From assembly GCA_938088195.1 (NCBI GenBank), contig CALKEO010000001.1, positions 16,716-80,715 of the forward strand: DNA of 64,000 nucleotides. Direction: 5' to 3'. A program made the translations under genes and the position numbers. The notes below the pieces were generated by a model. It was not told the DNA's origin. It was given only the letters and a program-made list of their open reading frames with translations, and ran no database searches. Below are positions 41,939 through 52,694 of the stretch, in pieces. Within the stretch, counting starts at the first letter, position 1, and the number at the start of each line of letters is the position of its first letter. This DNA comes from an uncultured Flavobacteriaceae bacterium (GTDB taxonomy: Bacteria; Bacteroidota; Bacteroidia; Flavobacteriales; Flavobacteriaceae).

Positions 41939-44371
41939 ATGTATTTAACTCGATTATTACCTATTATTTGTTGTTTTTATTTCATTTCAAATTTTTCTCA
42001 ATCAGAAATGAATAAGAATAAAAAATTTTCAGGTTTTTTTAATTTTAGTTATAATGAAAGTTCTGATAAAATTTTTTTAGAAGTACAAAATTTAAATGAA
42101 GATTTTTTATATATAAATTCCTTAACAACTGGTTTAGGCTCAAATGATATAGGTTTGGATAGGGGACAATTGGGAAAAGAAAGAATTGTCAAATTTAAAA
42201 AATATGGAAATAAATTATTATTAATTGAACCTAATCAAAATTTTAAAGCTATTTCTAAAAATGAGGCTGAAAAAAAAAGTGTTGAACAAGCATTTACTTT
42301 TTCAGTAATTTTTGGTTTTGAAATTTTTGAGTTTAAAAATAATATTTATACAATTGATTTAACACCTTTTTTACTACAAGACGCCCATGGTGTTAAAAAC
42401 AGATTACAATCTTCTAATCAGGGTAATTATAATTTAGATTTATCTAAAAGTGCATTGGAACTGAAAAGGACAAAAGCTTTTCCAAATAATGTGGAGTTTG
42501 AGGCATTACTTACCTTTGTTGGCAATCCTGTTGGAAGTTTAATTTCAAGTGTTTCTCCCGATCCATCTAAAGTAAGTATGATTCAGCATCACTCATTTAT
42601 AAAGTTGCCAGATAATAATTATAAACCAAGAATTTTTGATCCAAGAAGTGGAGCTTTGGCCATTTCTTTTATGGATTATGCAACTCCCGTTCACAAGGAA
42701 ATTAATAAAAAATATATTTTAAGACACAGACTCGAGAAAATAAGTCCATCTCTTAAAAAAAGTGAAGCAAAAGAACCTATTATTTATTATTTAGATCCCG
42801 GCGTACCAGAACCAGTTAGATCCGCTTTAATTGAGGGTGCTTCTTGGTGGAATCAAGCTTATGAGGCAATAGGATATAAAAATGCTTTTCAAGTTAAAAT
42901 ATTACCAGACGATGCTGATCCTATGGACTGTCGTTATAATGTTATTCAATGGGTTCACAGATCTACAAGAGGGTGGAGTTATGGATCAAGTGTAATTGAC
43001 CCTAGAACTGGTGAAATTATTAAGGGTCATGTTAGTTTAGGTAGTTTAAGAATAAGACAAGACTTTTTAATAGCTCAAGCTTTGATGTCTAAACCTTTTG
43101 TTGAAGACGAGAATTATGATAAAATGTTAGAAATGGCTTTAGCTAGAATTAGGCAATTAAGTGCTCACGAGGTTGGACATACAATAGGTTTTGCACATAA
43201 TTTTTCGGCAAGTACGAATAATCGCTCATCAGTGATGGATTATCCTCACCCATTAATTAAAATTAAGGATAAAAAGATTGATTTAAGTGAAGCATATGCT
43301 GTTGGAATAGGTGAGTGGGATAAAGTTTCTGTGGCTTACAGCTATTCAGAGTTCAATAAAAAAAATGAACAAATTTTATTAAATGATATTTTGAATAAAG
43401 CTTATGATAATGGATTAAGGTTTGTTACAGATTATGATGCTAGAGCAAAGAGTGGTGCTCATATAAATGCGCATTTGTGGGACAATAATTCTAATGTTTC
43501 TCAGGGTTTAGATAATATTATGAAAGTTAGAAATAAAGCGATCAGTGATTTTTCAAAATATAACATTAGATCATATGAGACTTACAGCAAATTAGAAGAT
43601 GTTTTTGTTCCTCTTTATTTTTTACACAGATATCAAACTGAATCAACTATAAAATTGATTGGAGGTTTAGATTATAATTACGCAAAAAGAGACGACAATC
43701 AAACAATTGTTGAAAATATTCCATACGATATTCAGAATAATGCTCTAATTTCAATATTGAAAACTTTAGAAGCTAAAAACTTAGCTATCCCAAAATCAAA
43801 ATTAAAATTATTTCCACCTAGAGCATATAATTCACCAAGAACGAGAGAATCCTTTAAAAGTATGACAGGAGTTAGTTTCGATCCATTAAGTGCAGTCTCT
43901 ACAGCAAGTGAAATGACCCTTTCATTATTATTAAATGTTGAAAGAATGAATCGATTAGTCATTCAAAGTAGTCTCAATAGTGATCGATTGAAAAACATGA
44001 CATTGGATTACCTATTAAGTACTTTAACAAATAATACTTTTCAATCAAAATATGAACTTAATTTAGAATCTAGTGATAGGTATTTATTTGAGGTTCAACA
44101 AGTGATAAATAATAATTATTTAAAATTCCTTTTAAATTTAGCTTCAAATAAAAGTTCGTTTTTTCAGGTAAAAGCTATTGCTAAAAAAGAACTTTCTAGT
44201 ATAATGGATTTACTAGTTTCAAAAAAATATATGAATAAGTATAAACATGAATATTTAAGTATTATTAAAAACTTTAAAATTAAGCCAGAACTATTTGAAT
44301 TAATTGATAGTCCAAAAATTCCTGATGGATCTCCAATTGGCTCTTCAAATCTTAATGAACTTTGTTATTAA
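41939..44371 (+). CDS. Secreted zinc-dependent metalloprotease (large Bacteroidota DUF5117/DUF4953-type)
   Basis: 810 aa. Signal peptide and HExxH in SAHEVGHTIGFAHNF, followed by MDYP. Confidence 0.8.
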   Translation: MYLTRLLPIICCFYFISNFSQSEMNKNKKFSGFFNFSYNESSDKIFLEVQNLNEDFLYINSLTTGLGSNDIGLDRGQLGKERIVKFKKYGNKLLLIEPNQNFKAISKNEAEKKSVEQAFTFSVIFGFEIFEFKNNIYTIDLTPFLLQDAHGVKNRLQSSNQGNYNLDLSKSALELKRTKAFPNNVEFEALLTFVGNPVGSLISSVSPDPSKVSMIQHHSFIKLPDNNYKPRIFDPRSGALAISFMDYATPVHKEINKKYILRHRLEKISPSLKKSEAKEPIIYYLDPGVPEPVRSALIEGASWWNQAYEAIGYKNAFQVKILPDDADPMDCRYNVIQWVHRSTRGWSYGSSVIDPRTGEIIKGHVSLGSLRIRQDFLIAQALMSKPFVEDENYDKMLEMALARIRQLSAHEVGHTIGFAHNFSASTNNRSSVMDYPHPLIKIKDKKIDLSEAYAVGIGEWDKVSVAYSYSEFNKKNEQILLNDILNKAYDNGLRFVTDYDARAKSGAHINAHLWDNNSNVSQGLDNIMKVRNKAISDFSKYNIRSYETYSKLEDVFVPLYFLHRYQTESTIKLIGGLDYNYAKRDDNQTIVENIPYDIQNNALISILKTLEAKNLAIPKSKLKLFPPRAYNSPRTRESFKSMTGVSFDPLSAVSTASEMTLSLLLNVERMNRLVIQSSLNSDRLKNMTLDYLLSTLTNNTFQSKYELNLESSDRYLFEVQQVINNNYLKFLLNLASNKSSFFQVKAIAKKELSSIMDLLVSKKYMNKYKHEYLSIIKNFKIKPELFELIDSPKIPDGSPIGSSNLNELCY

Positions 44372-44384
44372 ATTATTAAGAACT

Positions 44385-45410
44385 ATGGATATTAACTTAA
44401 TTAGTGATACGGTAACCAAACCATCAAAAAAAATGCTAAAATCTATGATGGATGCAAAAGTAGGGGATGATGTTTTTAAGGAAGACCCCTCTGTGAATAA
44501 ACTTGAGAACAAGGTTGCAAAAATGTTTGGTATGGATTCAGCATTATTTTTTCCCTCCGGAACAATGACCAATCAAACCGCAATAAAACTTCATACCAAC
44601 CCTGGAGATCAATTAATTTGTGATAAGTATGCACATGTTTATAATTATGAAGGGGGTGGTGTTAGCTTTAATAGTGGAGTTTCTTGTAAGTTAATTGACG
44701 GAGAAAGAGGAATGTTTAATAATGAACAGTTAGTCAAAGCAATCAATCCACCTGATTTTTATCATAGCCCTAAAACTTCATTAGTTTGTATAGAAAACAC
44801 AACAAATAAAGGAGGTGGTGCATGTTGGAATTTAAATGAACTTAAATTGATAAAAAAAACTTGTTTAGAAAATAATTTATCATATCACCTGGATGGTGCT
44901 AGAATTTGGAATGCATTGATTAAAATGAATCAAGATCCTAAAGATTATGGTTTAATATTTGATTCGATTTCTATATGTTTAAGCAAAGGATTAGGTTGTC
45001 CAGCAGGGTCAGTACTGATTGGATCTCATGAACTAATAGAAAGGGCAATTAGAGTAAGGAAGATTTTGGGTGGAGGAATGAGGCAAGTAGGTTATTTGGC
45101 AGCTTGTGGGATTTATGCCTTAGAAAATAATTTTCTAAGACTTTCCGAAGATCATCTAAAGGCAATAGAAATTGAAAAAACATTAAGTAAACTTTCGTAT
45201 ATAAAAAAGGTTGAGCCTGTTGAAACAAACATTGTAATTTTTGAAATTAACTCTAAAATATCTTCTCAGCTTTTTTTAGAAAGATTAAAAAACAAAGGAG
45301 TTAAGATTATTTCAATGGGTGATAACAAATTAAGAGTAGTTACTCATCTGGATTATGATAATTTAATGCATAGTAGGTTTTTAGAAATTTTAAACGACCT
45401 AAGATTTTAG
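44385..45410 (+). CDS. ltaE: Low-specificity L-threonine aldolase
   Basis: 341 aa from the ATG at 44385. The tracked 44304 start overlaps the protease gene. DTVTKPS, GDDVFKEDPS, GTMTNQ, PLP-Lys context CLSKGLG. Confidence 0.82.
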   Translation: MDINLISDTVTKPSKKMLKSMMDAKVGDDVFKEDPSVNKLENKVAKMFGMDSALFFPSGTMTNQTAIKLHTNPGDQLICDKYAHVYNYEGGGVSFNSGVSCKLIDGERGMFNNEQLVKAINPPDFYHSPKTSLVCIENTTNKGGGACWNLNELKLIKKTCLENNLSYHLDGARIWNALIKMNQDPKDYGLIFDSISICLSKGLGCPAGSVLIGSHELIERAIRVRKILGGGMRQVGYLAACGIYALENNFLRLSEDHLKAIEIEKTLSKLSYIKKVEPVETNIVIFEINSKISSQLFLERLKNKGVKIISMGDNKLRVVTHLDYDNLMHSRFLEILNDLRF

Positions 45411-45446
45411 TTCAAAGTCTCATATTTGTCTGACTATATTAAAAAA

Positions 45447-47516
45447 ATGAAACACCCTTTAAAAAAAATTCTTCCACCATCTGCAAAAAAAATACCAAAA
45501 GAGCTTAAAAAATTTGACTCAAAAAGAGTTGATAATTATTTCTGGTTAAAAAATAGGGATGATCCTAAAGTTATTGAATATTTAGAAAAAGAAAATGATT
45601 ATTTTAAAAAAATGACCTCGGATACAGAAGATTTTCAAGAGACTATATATAACGAAATTAAAAAAAAAATTAAAGAAGATGACCAGTCAGTTCCTTATTT
45701 TTTGAATGGCTATTGGTACCTAACTAAATATCAAAAGAATAAAAATTACCCAATTTATTTGAGAAGAAAATCAGATTTAAATTCCAAAGACCAAATTTTA
45801 TTTGATTGTAATTTATTAGCAGAAGGTTATGAGTATTTTAATTTATCTAATATTAAAATTAGTCCTAACAATAAATTCGCTGCGTACAGTGTTGATACGC
45901 TTTCAAGAAGGTTGTATACAATTAGAATTAAAAATTTACATACCGGAGAGGTCTTAAATGATCAAATAATTAATACGTCTGGTGGATTTGCTTGGGCTAA
46001 CGACAATAAAACATTATTTTATACTAATAGAGATTCTGATACTTTAAGAAACGATAAGATTCTCAGACATGAGATAGGAACAAAATCTAAAGATGATAAA
46101 ATAGTTTTTCATGAAAAAGACAATACCTTTTACACTAGTGTGTCTAAATCTAAATCTAATAAGTTCATCATAATTTCATCTCACAGTACTTTAACTTCTG
46201 AATTCCAATTTTTAGACGCCAATAAACCTTTAGATAATTTTAGACTATTTAACCAAAGAAAAAGAGGTTTAGAATACAGTATAAATCATTACGAAAAGTT
46301 TTTTTATATAATAACAAATATTGATAATGCTAAAAATTATAAGTTAATGAAAACACCTATTGGTGGTACTGAATATGAAAATTGGATTAATGTAATAGAT
46401 CATAGAAAGGATGTTTTAATCGAGGGAATAGATATTTTTAAAAATTATTTAGTTATTAGTGAAAGAGCAAATGGATTAAATAGAATAAATGTTCGAAAAT
46501 GGGATGATTCAGAAAGTTATTATTTGGATTTCAAAAGTGAAACTTTTTCTTCATACACAACAACAAATGTTGATTTCGATACTAGTATCTTAAGGTATGG
46601 GTTTAATTCTTTAACTCAACCTCCCTCAATAATAGATTTCAACATGTCTTCAAAGAAGAAAACAATAAGAAAACAACAACAGGTTTTAGACGATAACTTT
46701 AAAAATAAAAATTATATTTCTGAAAGAATTTGGTCTCAATCTGAAGATGGCACAAAAATTCCTATTTCGTTAGTTTATAAAAAAGGGCTAATAAAAAATA
46801 ATAAAAATCCTCTGTTGTTGTATGGTTATGGTTCATATGGAAATACTATTGATCCATATTTTTCTGTCAGTCGTTTATCATTGTTAGATAGAGGATTTGT
46901 TTTTGCAATTGCACATGTTAGAGGAAGTGAGTATATGGGAAGAAAATGGTATGATGAAGGAAAATTATTAAAAAAAACAAACACCTTTAAAGATTTTATT
47001 ACTTGTACAAAACATTTAATTTCTGAAGGATATACAAATACTAATCAAACTTATGCTTATGGGGGATCTGCTGGTGGATTATTAATGGGATCAGTTATTA
47101 ATTTGGAACCTGAGCTTTATAATGGCGTTATTGCTGCTGTGCCATTTGTGGATGTGTTAACAACTATGTTGGACGAAACAATCCCATTAACCACTGGAGA
47201 ATATGATGAATGGGGAAACCCTAATAACGAAGAATTTTATAATTATATATTGTCTTATTCACCATACGATAATGTAAAAAAAATGAAATATCCTAATCTG
47301 CTTGTAACAACAGGTCTTTATGATTCACAAGTTCAATATTGGGAACCTGCTAAGTGGGTTGCAAAATTAAGAGAGTTAAAAGTAGGAGAGAATCTATTAT
47401 TATTAAAAACTAATATGGATTCAGGTCATGGAGGTGCATCAGGAAGATTTGATGCATTAAAAGAAGTTGCTAGAGAGTATGTTTTTTTATTTAGTCTGGA
47501 AAACATTCATAATTAG
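45447..47516 (+). CDS. ptrB: S9A prolyl oligopeptidase-family serine protease (oligopeptidase B-like)
   Basis: About 689 aa from the ATG at 45447; an in-frame TTG at 45426 is possible. Beta-propeller N-terminal part, catalytic GGSAGG, DSGHGG. Confidence 0.8.
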   Translation: MKHPLKKILPPSAKKIPKELKKFDSKRVDNYFWLKNRDDPKVIEYLEKENDYFKKMTSDTEDFQETIYNEIKKKIKEDDQSVPYFLNGYWYLTKYQKNKNYPIYLRRKSDLNSKDQILFDCNLLAEGYEYFNLSNIKISPNNKFAAYSVDTLSRRLYTIRIKNLHTGEVLNDQIINTSGGFAWANDNKTLFYTNRDSDTLRNDKILRHEIGTKSKDDKIVFHEKDNTFYTSVSKSKSNKFIIISSHSTLTSEFQFLDANKPLDNFRLFNQRKRGLEYSINHYEKFFYIITNIDNAKNYKLMKTPIGGTEYENWINVIDHRKDVLIEGIDIFKNYLVISERANGLNRINVRKWDDSESYYLDFKSETFSSYTTTNVDFDTSILRYGFNSLTQPPSIIDFNMSSKKKTIRKQQQVLDDNFKNKNYISERIWSQSEDGTKIPISLVYKKGLIKNNKNPLLLYGYGSYGNTIDPYFSVSRLSLLDRGFVFAIAHVRGSEYMGRKWYDEGKLLKKTNTFKDFITCTKHLISEGYTNTNQTYAYGGSAGGLLMGSVINLEPELYNGVIAAVPFVDVLTTMLDETIPLTTGEYDEWGNPNNEEFYNYILSYSPYDNVKKMKYPNLLVTTGLYDSQVQYWEPAKWVAKLRELKVGENLLLLKTNMDSGHGGASGRFDALKEVAREYVFLFSLENIHN

Positions 47517-47583
47517 CTATTAAATTTGGTGATGCCAGCTTTTTTTAAGTAATTTGCGAACAACTTTAAGGAAGATATTTTAA

Positions 47584-48624
47584 ATGAATAGAAGAGTTAA
47601 AGCTTATAAAAGTGCCTTAGAACTCATAGGGAAAACACCACTTTTAAAGTTAAATAATATTGTTAAAAATATTCCTGGAAATTTTTACGCTAAAGTTGAA
47701 GCATTCAATCCAGGCCATTCAAATAAAGATAGAATTGCTCTGCATATCATTGAATCTGCTGAAAAAAAGGGCTTGATAAAACCTGGCGGAACTATAATAG
47801 AAACTACTTCTGGAAATACCGGATTTAGTTTAGCTATGGTAAGCATTATCAAAGGCTACAATTGTATTTTGGCGGTATCATCAAAATCATCACCAGACAA
47901 GATAGATATGTTAAAGGCAATGGGAGCTAAAGTTTATGTTTGCCCAGCTCATGTTAGTGCTGATGATGACAGATCTTATTATCAAGTAGCTAAAAGATTA
48001 CACGAAGAAATAAAAGGTTCCTTTTATATCAATCAGTATTTTAACAATCTTAATATTGAGGCTCATTATAAAACCACCGGTCCCGAAATATGGGATCAAA
48101 CAGGTGGTTCTATCACGCATTTGGTTGCTAGTAGTGGAACTGGAGGAACAATCTCTGGAATTGCAAGATTTTTAAAGGAACAAAATCCGAAAATAAAAAT
48201 CATAGGAGTTGACGCTTATGGTTCTGTTCTAAAAAAATATCACGAAACACAAGAGTTTGATGAAGATGAAATTTATCCATACAGAATTGAAGGTTTAGGT
48301 AAAAATCTGATTCCAACTGCAACAGACTTCGATATTATTGATATGTTTGAAAAGGTTTCAGACGAAGAAAGTGCTCATACATCTAGAGAAATTGCACTGA
48401 AAGAGGGGTTGTTTGTTGGTTACACCTCTGGTGCTGCGATGCAAGCTGTCAAGCAATTATCTAAACAAATGTTGTTTGATAAAAACAGTAACGTGGTTAT
48501 GATTTTTTGTGATCACGGTTCAAGATATATGAGTAAAATATATAGTGATAAATGGATGTATGACCAAGGTTTCTTTGATTCTGAAAAAACTGCACTTGAA
48601 AAACCCATTGAATACATTAAATAG
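47584..48624 (+). CDS. Fold-type II PLP enzyme of the cysteine synthase / cystathionine beta-synthase family, with no Bateman domain
   Basis: 346 aa. PLP-Lys context [22 protein letters not shown]. Confidence 0.85.
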   Translation: MNRRVKAYKSALELIGKTPLLKLNNIVKNIPGNFYAKVEAFNPGHSNKDRIALHIIESAEKKGLIKPGGTIIETTSGNTGFSLAMVSIIKGYNCILAVSSKSSPDKIDMLKAMGAKVYVCPAHVSADDDRSYYQVAKRLHEEIKGSFYINQYFNNLNIEAHYKTTGPEIWDQTGGSITHLVASSGTGGTISGIARFLKEQNPKIKIIGVDAYGSVLKKYHETQEFDEDEIYPYRIEGLGKNLIPTATDFDIIDMFEKVSDEESAHTSREIALKEGLFVGYTSGAAMQAVKQLSKQMLFDKNSNVVMIFCDHGSRYMSKIYSDKWMYDQGFFDSEKTALEKPIEYIK

Positions 48625-48661
48625 ATTAATTTTACACATTTAAGATCTCTTACTAAATAAA

Positions 48662-49912
48662 ATGAAAGATTTATTTGATAAAATCATAGCTAATAAAGGT
48701 CCTTTGGGAAAGTATGCAAGTATTGCAGAAGGGTATTTTGCTTTTCCAAAATTAGAAGGACCAATTGGAAATAGAATGAAATTTAATGGAAAAGAAGTTA
48801 TTACCTGGAGTGTTAATGACTACCTTGGTTTAGCAAATCTTCCTGAAGTTAGAGAGGCTGATATTGAAGCAGCAAAAAAATATGGATCTGCTTATCCAAT
48901 GGGTGCCAGATTGATGTCAGGTCATACTAAATTCCATGAACAATTAGAAAATGAATTAGCAAATTTTGTTTCAAAAGAAAAAGCTTATGTTCTTAATTTT
49001 GGTTACCAAGGAATCTTGTCTACAATAGATTCATTAGTCTCTAAAAATGATGTTATCGTTTATGATATTGATGCACATGCCTGTATAGTTGATGGTGTTA
49101 GGCTTCATGTTGGTAAAAGATTTACTTATCAACACAATGATATTGATAGTTTAACTTTAAATCTTGAAAGAGCTACTAAAATTGCTGAAAAAACAGGAGG
49201 AGGTATTTTAGTAATTTCTGAGGGTGTTTTCGGCATGAGAGGTGAACAAGGTAAAATAAAAGAAATTGTTGCATTAAAAAGTAAATTTAATTTTAGGTTA
49301 CTAGTTGACGACGCGCATGGTTTTGGGACATTAGGCGCTACTGGAGCTGGAGCAGGAGAAGAACAAGGTGTTCAAGATCAAATAGATGTGTATTTTGCCA
49401 CTTTTGCTAAGTCAATGGCAAGTACTGGAGCTTTTATCGCTGCAGATGCTATGATAATTGATTTTCTTAAGTATAATATGCGTTCACAAGTTTTTGCCAA
49501 GTCATTACAATTGCAATTAGTCATTGGTGCTTTAAAAAGATTAGAGTTATTAAAAACTAAACCTGAAATTAGAGAAAAACTTTGGACTAATGTAAAAGCT
49601 TTACAGTCAGGTCTTAAATCTCAAAATTTTGATTTAGGAACTACACAAAGTTGTGTAACACCTGTTTTTTTAAAGGGAACTATTCAAGAAGCTATGATAA
49701 TGGTTAGGGAACTTAGAGAAAAGTATTTTATTTTTTGTTCTATTGTAGTTTATCCTGTTGTTCCAAAAGGAGTAATATTATTAAGACTAATTCCTACAGC
49801 TTCTCACAACATTAAAGATATTGAAGAAACTTTGTCAGCCTTTTCTAAAATTCGTTCGAAACTTAACGATGGAACTTATTTAAAGTTATCTAAAAAATTG
49901 CAATCAGTTTAA
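48662..49912 (+). CDS. Alpha-oxoamine synthase family PLP acyltransferase (Kbl/BioF/Spt/cysteate-acyltransferase family; substrate unresolved)
   Basis: 416 aa. NDYLGLA, VDDAHGFG, PLP-Lys context ATFAKSMAS. Confidence 0.85.
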   Translation: MKDLFDKIIANKGPLGKYASIAEGYFAFPKLEGPIGNRMKFNGKEVITWSVNDYLGLANLPEVREADIEAAKKYGSAYPMGARLMSGHTKFHEQLENELANFVSKEKAYVLNFGYQGILSTIDSLVSKNDVIVYDIDAHACIVDGVRLHVGKRFTYQHNDIDSLTLNLERATKIAEKTGGGILVISEGVFGMRGEQGKIKEIVALKSKFNFRLLVDDAHGFGTLGATGAGAGEEQGVQDQIDVYFATFAKSMASTGAFIAADAMIIDFLKYNMRSQVFAKSLQLQLVIGALKRLELLKTKPEIREKLWTNVKALQSGLKSQNFDLGTTQSCVTPVFLKGTIQEAMIMVRELREKYFIFCSIVVYPVVPKGVILLRLIPTASHNIKDIEETLSAFSKIRSKLNDGTYLKLSKKLQSV

Positions 49913-49994
49913 ATTTTTGTTTGGTTTTAAATCAAGAAATTTAAATTTTATCATAAAAAGAAAAAAATCACTAATTTTGTCTCAAACAAGCGTG

Positions 49995-50531
49995 ATGAAC
50001 CCAAAAAAAATACTGAACGCTAGGCAGATTTCCACTATTCTTCATCGACTATCTTATCAATTAATAGAAGACCATAATAATTTTTCTGAAACGGTTATAA
50101 TAGCAATCCAACCAAGGGGAGTTTATTTCGCTGAACGAATTATGAAATTACTTATTAATGATTCTAATGAAATTAAATTTGGTTTATTAGACGTAACCTT
50201 TTACAGGGATGATTTTAGAAGAAGTGAAAAAGTTTTAAAAGCTAATAAAACAAAAATTGATTTTTCAATAGAGAACAAAACGGTTGTTTTAATAGACGAT
50301 GTGCTTTTTACAGGAAGAAGTATCAGAGCAGCCATGGACGCTCTTCAAGCATTTGGAAGACCTAAGGCAGTTCAATTATTAAATTTAATTGATCGAAGAT
50401 TTTCCAGAGAATTACCCATTCAACCCGATTATTGTGGAACTCAAGTAGATTCAAGACTAAATCAACGAGTTAAAGTATGTTGGAAAGAAAAAGACAATGA
50501 GGATGCAGTTTATTTATTTAAAAATAGTTGA
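49995..50531 (+). CDS. pyrR: PyrR: bifunctional pyrimidine regulatory protein / uracil phosphoribosyltransferase
   Basis: 178 aa from the ATG at 49995. PRPP loop VVLIDDVLFTGRSIRAA. Confidence 0.88.
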   Translation: MNPKKILNARQISTILHRLSYQLIEDHNNFSETVIIAIQPRGVYFAERIMKLLINDSNEIKFGLLDVTFYRDDFRRSEKVLKANKTKIDFSIENKTVVLIDDVLFTGRSIRAAMDALQAFGRPKAVQLLNLIDRRFSRELPIQPDYCGTQVDSRLNQRVKVCWKEKDNEDAVYLFKNS

Positions 50532-51457
50532 TGAGTGATTTAAGTGTAAACCATTTATTGGGAATTAAATACCTTAATATTAAGGATTTAAAATTAATTT
50601 TTCAAACTACAGATCATTTTAAAGAAGTTATAAATAGAAAAATAAAGAAGGTTCCATCTCTAAGAGATGTAACTATTGCAAATCTTTTTTTTGAGAACAG
50701 TACTCGAACTAAGATTTCTTTTGAACTAGCACAAAAAAGACTTTCAGCTGATGTAGTTAATTTTTCGTCTTCATCATCTTCCGTTAAAAAGGGAGAAACA
50801 TTAATTGACACTGTAAATAACATTCTTTCTATGAAAGTTGATATGGTTGTTATAAGACATCCAAGTCCTGGAGCAAGTGTTTTTTTATCTAAAAATATTA
50901 ATTCATGTATAATTAACGCTGGGGATGGAACGCATGAACATCCAACTCAAGCTTTATTAGATGCATATTCACTAATAGAAAGACTGGGTCAATTAAAAAA
51001 TAAAAAAATTTTAATAGTTGGAGATATTTTACATTCCAGAGTTGCCTTATCGAATATATTTACCTACCAAAAATTGGGAGCTGAAGTTATGGTTTGTGGT
51101 CCAAAATCACTAATACCAAAATATATACAATTATTGGATGTGAAAGTTGAAACAGATTTATTTAAAGCATTAAAATGGTGTGATGCTGTAAATATGCTTA
51201 GAATTCAAAATGAAAGAATGTCGGAAAGCTATTTTCCGTCCATTAGAGAATATGTACAACAATTTGGACTAAATAAAAATATATTAGATAGTTTGAACAA
51301 AGAAATTATTATCATGCACCCAGGTCCAATTAATCGAGGTGTAGAGATTACTAGTGAAGTTGCTGATTCTTCTCAAGCTATTATTTTAGATCAGGTTGAA
51401 AATGGAGTTGCAATTAGAATGGCAGTTATGTATTTATTAGCTTCAAAACTTTATTGA
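50528..51457 (+). CDS. pyrB: Aspartate carbamoyltransferase catalytic subunit
   Basis: 309 aa. FFENSTRTK, HEHPTQALLD, MHPGPINRG. Confidence 0.95.
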   Translation: MMSDLSVNHLLGIKYLNIKDLKLIFQTTDHFKEVINRKIKKVPSLRDVTIANLFFENSTRTKISFELAQKRLSADVVNFSSSSSSVKKGETLIDTVNNILSMKVDMVVIRHPSPGASVFLSKNINSCIINAGDGTHEHPTQALLDAYSLIERLGQLKNKKILIVGDILHSRVALSNIFTYQKLGAEVMVCGPKSLIPKYIQLLDVKVETDLFKALKWCDAVNMLRIQNERMSESYFPSIREYVQQFGLNKNILDSLNKEIIIMHPGPINRGVEITSEVADSSQAIILDQVENGVAIRMAVMYLLASKLY

Positions 51458-51459
51458 TA

Positions 51460-51768
51460 ATGACTGTAAGTTTTTTAAAAAAGTATAATCTTATTGTTTT
51501 AAATAAAAGCGATAGTAACCAAAGTTTAGAGTTAGAATTTAATAACATAAATCAAAATAATCTTATAATTGATTGTAATCAGGTCAAACTAGAAAGTTTT
51601 TTAGATTTGTTTAAAATTTTATTTAAATCACAAAAGTTTTTTAAAAAATCGTTAGTAATATTAACTGAAAATATTAGTTTTTGTAACGATTTAAATCTTA
51701 TTCCAACGCTTCAAGAAGCTATTGATTTTATAGATTTAGAAGAAATTGAAAGAGATTTGGATTTGTAA
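51460..51768 (+). CDS. Hypothetical protein wedged between pyrB and rnz
   Basis: 102 aa from the ATG at 51460 (the tracked TTG at 51454 overlaps the pyrB stop). Its stop overlaps the rnz ATG (TAATG). No motif recognised. Confidence 0.5.
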   Translation: MTVSFLKKYNLIVLNKSDSNQSLELEFNNINQNNLIIDCNQVKLESFLDLFKILFKSQKFFKKSLVILTENISFCNDLNLIPTLQEAIDFIDLEEIERDLDL

Positions 51769-52673
51769 TGAAATTAACAATATTAGGTAGTTTTTCGGCT
51801 TACCCGTCTCATAAAGGTTTTACTACTTCTCAAGTTTTAGAACACAATGGAAAATCATTTCTTATTGATTGTGGCGAAGGAACTCAACTTCAATTAAGAA
51901 AAAATAAAATTAAATTCAATTCAATCGAAGACGTTTTTATTTCTCATTTACACGGGGATCATTATTTTGGACTTCCGGGTTTAATTTTAACTTTTAACCT
52001 ATTGGGAAGAGAAAAACCTTTAAACATTTTTGGCCCTAAGGGAATTAAGGAAATAATTACGTCATTGATGAAAGTTGGTAAAACCTGGACCAATTATAAA
52101 TTAAACTTTTTAGAACTAAATAGTGTAAAACCACAAGTTATATTTCATAAAAACAATTTTATAGTAACAACAATTCCACTCAGTCATGGAATCTACACCA
52201 ATGGATTTTTATTTAGACAAAAAATAACTACTCACAAACTAATTGTTAAAAGAGCTATTGATTTAGGTATTGATAAAACACAATTTGCAGGCATTAAATT
52301 TGGAAAAGATGGAGTGACTGAGAATGGAGAAATTATAAAAAACATCAAATTAGTTGAGCCTTTGAGTCCGGATATTGTTTACGCATTTTGTAGCGATACT
52401 CTTTTTAATTTAAGAATTACAGAACAAATAAGAGAATGTGATTTATTATATCATGAATCTACATTTCTAAAAAAAGATCAAAATTTTGCTGTCAAAACAT
52501 TTCATTCTACAGCAGAACAAGCTGCAATTATAGCAAAAAATTCAAATGTCAAAAAACTTATCCTAGGTCATTTTTCCACTAGATATAATGATTTAGATTT
52601 GTTTTTAAATGAAGCTAAAAATATTTTTGAAAACTGTGAATTAGCAATTGAAAATAAGAGTTTTATTTTTTAA
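51768..52673 (+). CDS. rnz: Ribonuclease Z (tRNA 3' endonuclease)
   Basis: 301 aa. Metallo-beta-lactamase motif SHLHGDH and C-terminal GHFS. Confidence 0.9.
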   Translation: MKLTILGSFSAYPSHKGFTTSQVLEHNGKSFLIDCGEGTQLQLRKNKIKFNSIEDVFISHLHGDHYFGLPGLILTFNLLGREKPLNIFGPKGIKEIITSLMKVGKTWTNYKLNFLELNSVKPQVIFHKNNFIVTTIPLSHGIYTNGFLFRQKITTHKLIVKRAIDLGIDKTQFAGIKFGKDGVTENGEIIKNIKLVEPLSPDIVYAFCSDTLFNLRITEQIRECDLLYHESTFLKKDQNFAVKTFHSTAEQAAIIAKNSNVKKLILGHFSTRYNDLDLFLNEAKNIFENCELAIENKSFIF

Positions 52674-52694
52674 TTATAAACATTAATTTAGAAT

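Noticed and set aside
44304-44384. Long N-terminal extensions suggested by the ORF track (ltaE from 44304, pyrR from 49917, thioesterase from 34053, phosphatase from 53306, small ORF from 37107)
   Set aside because: The extensions overlap the preceding gene or a terminator hairpin, are hydrophobic or low-complexity, and are followed by an in-frame ATG where the conserved protein N-terminus begins. I used the internal ATG starts instead.
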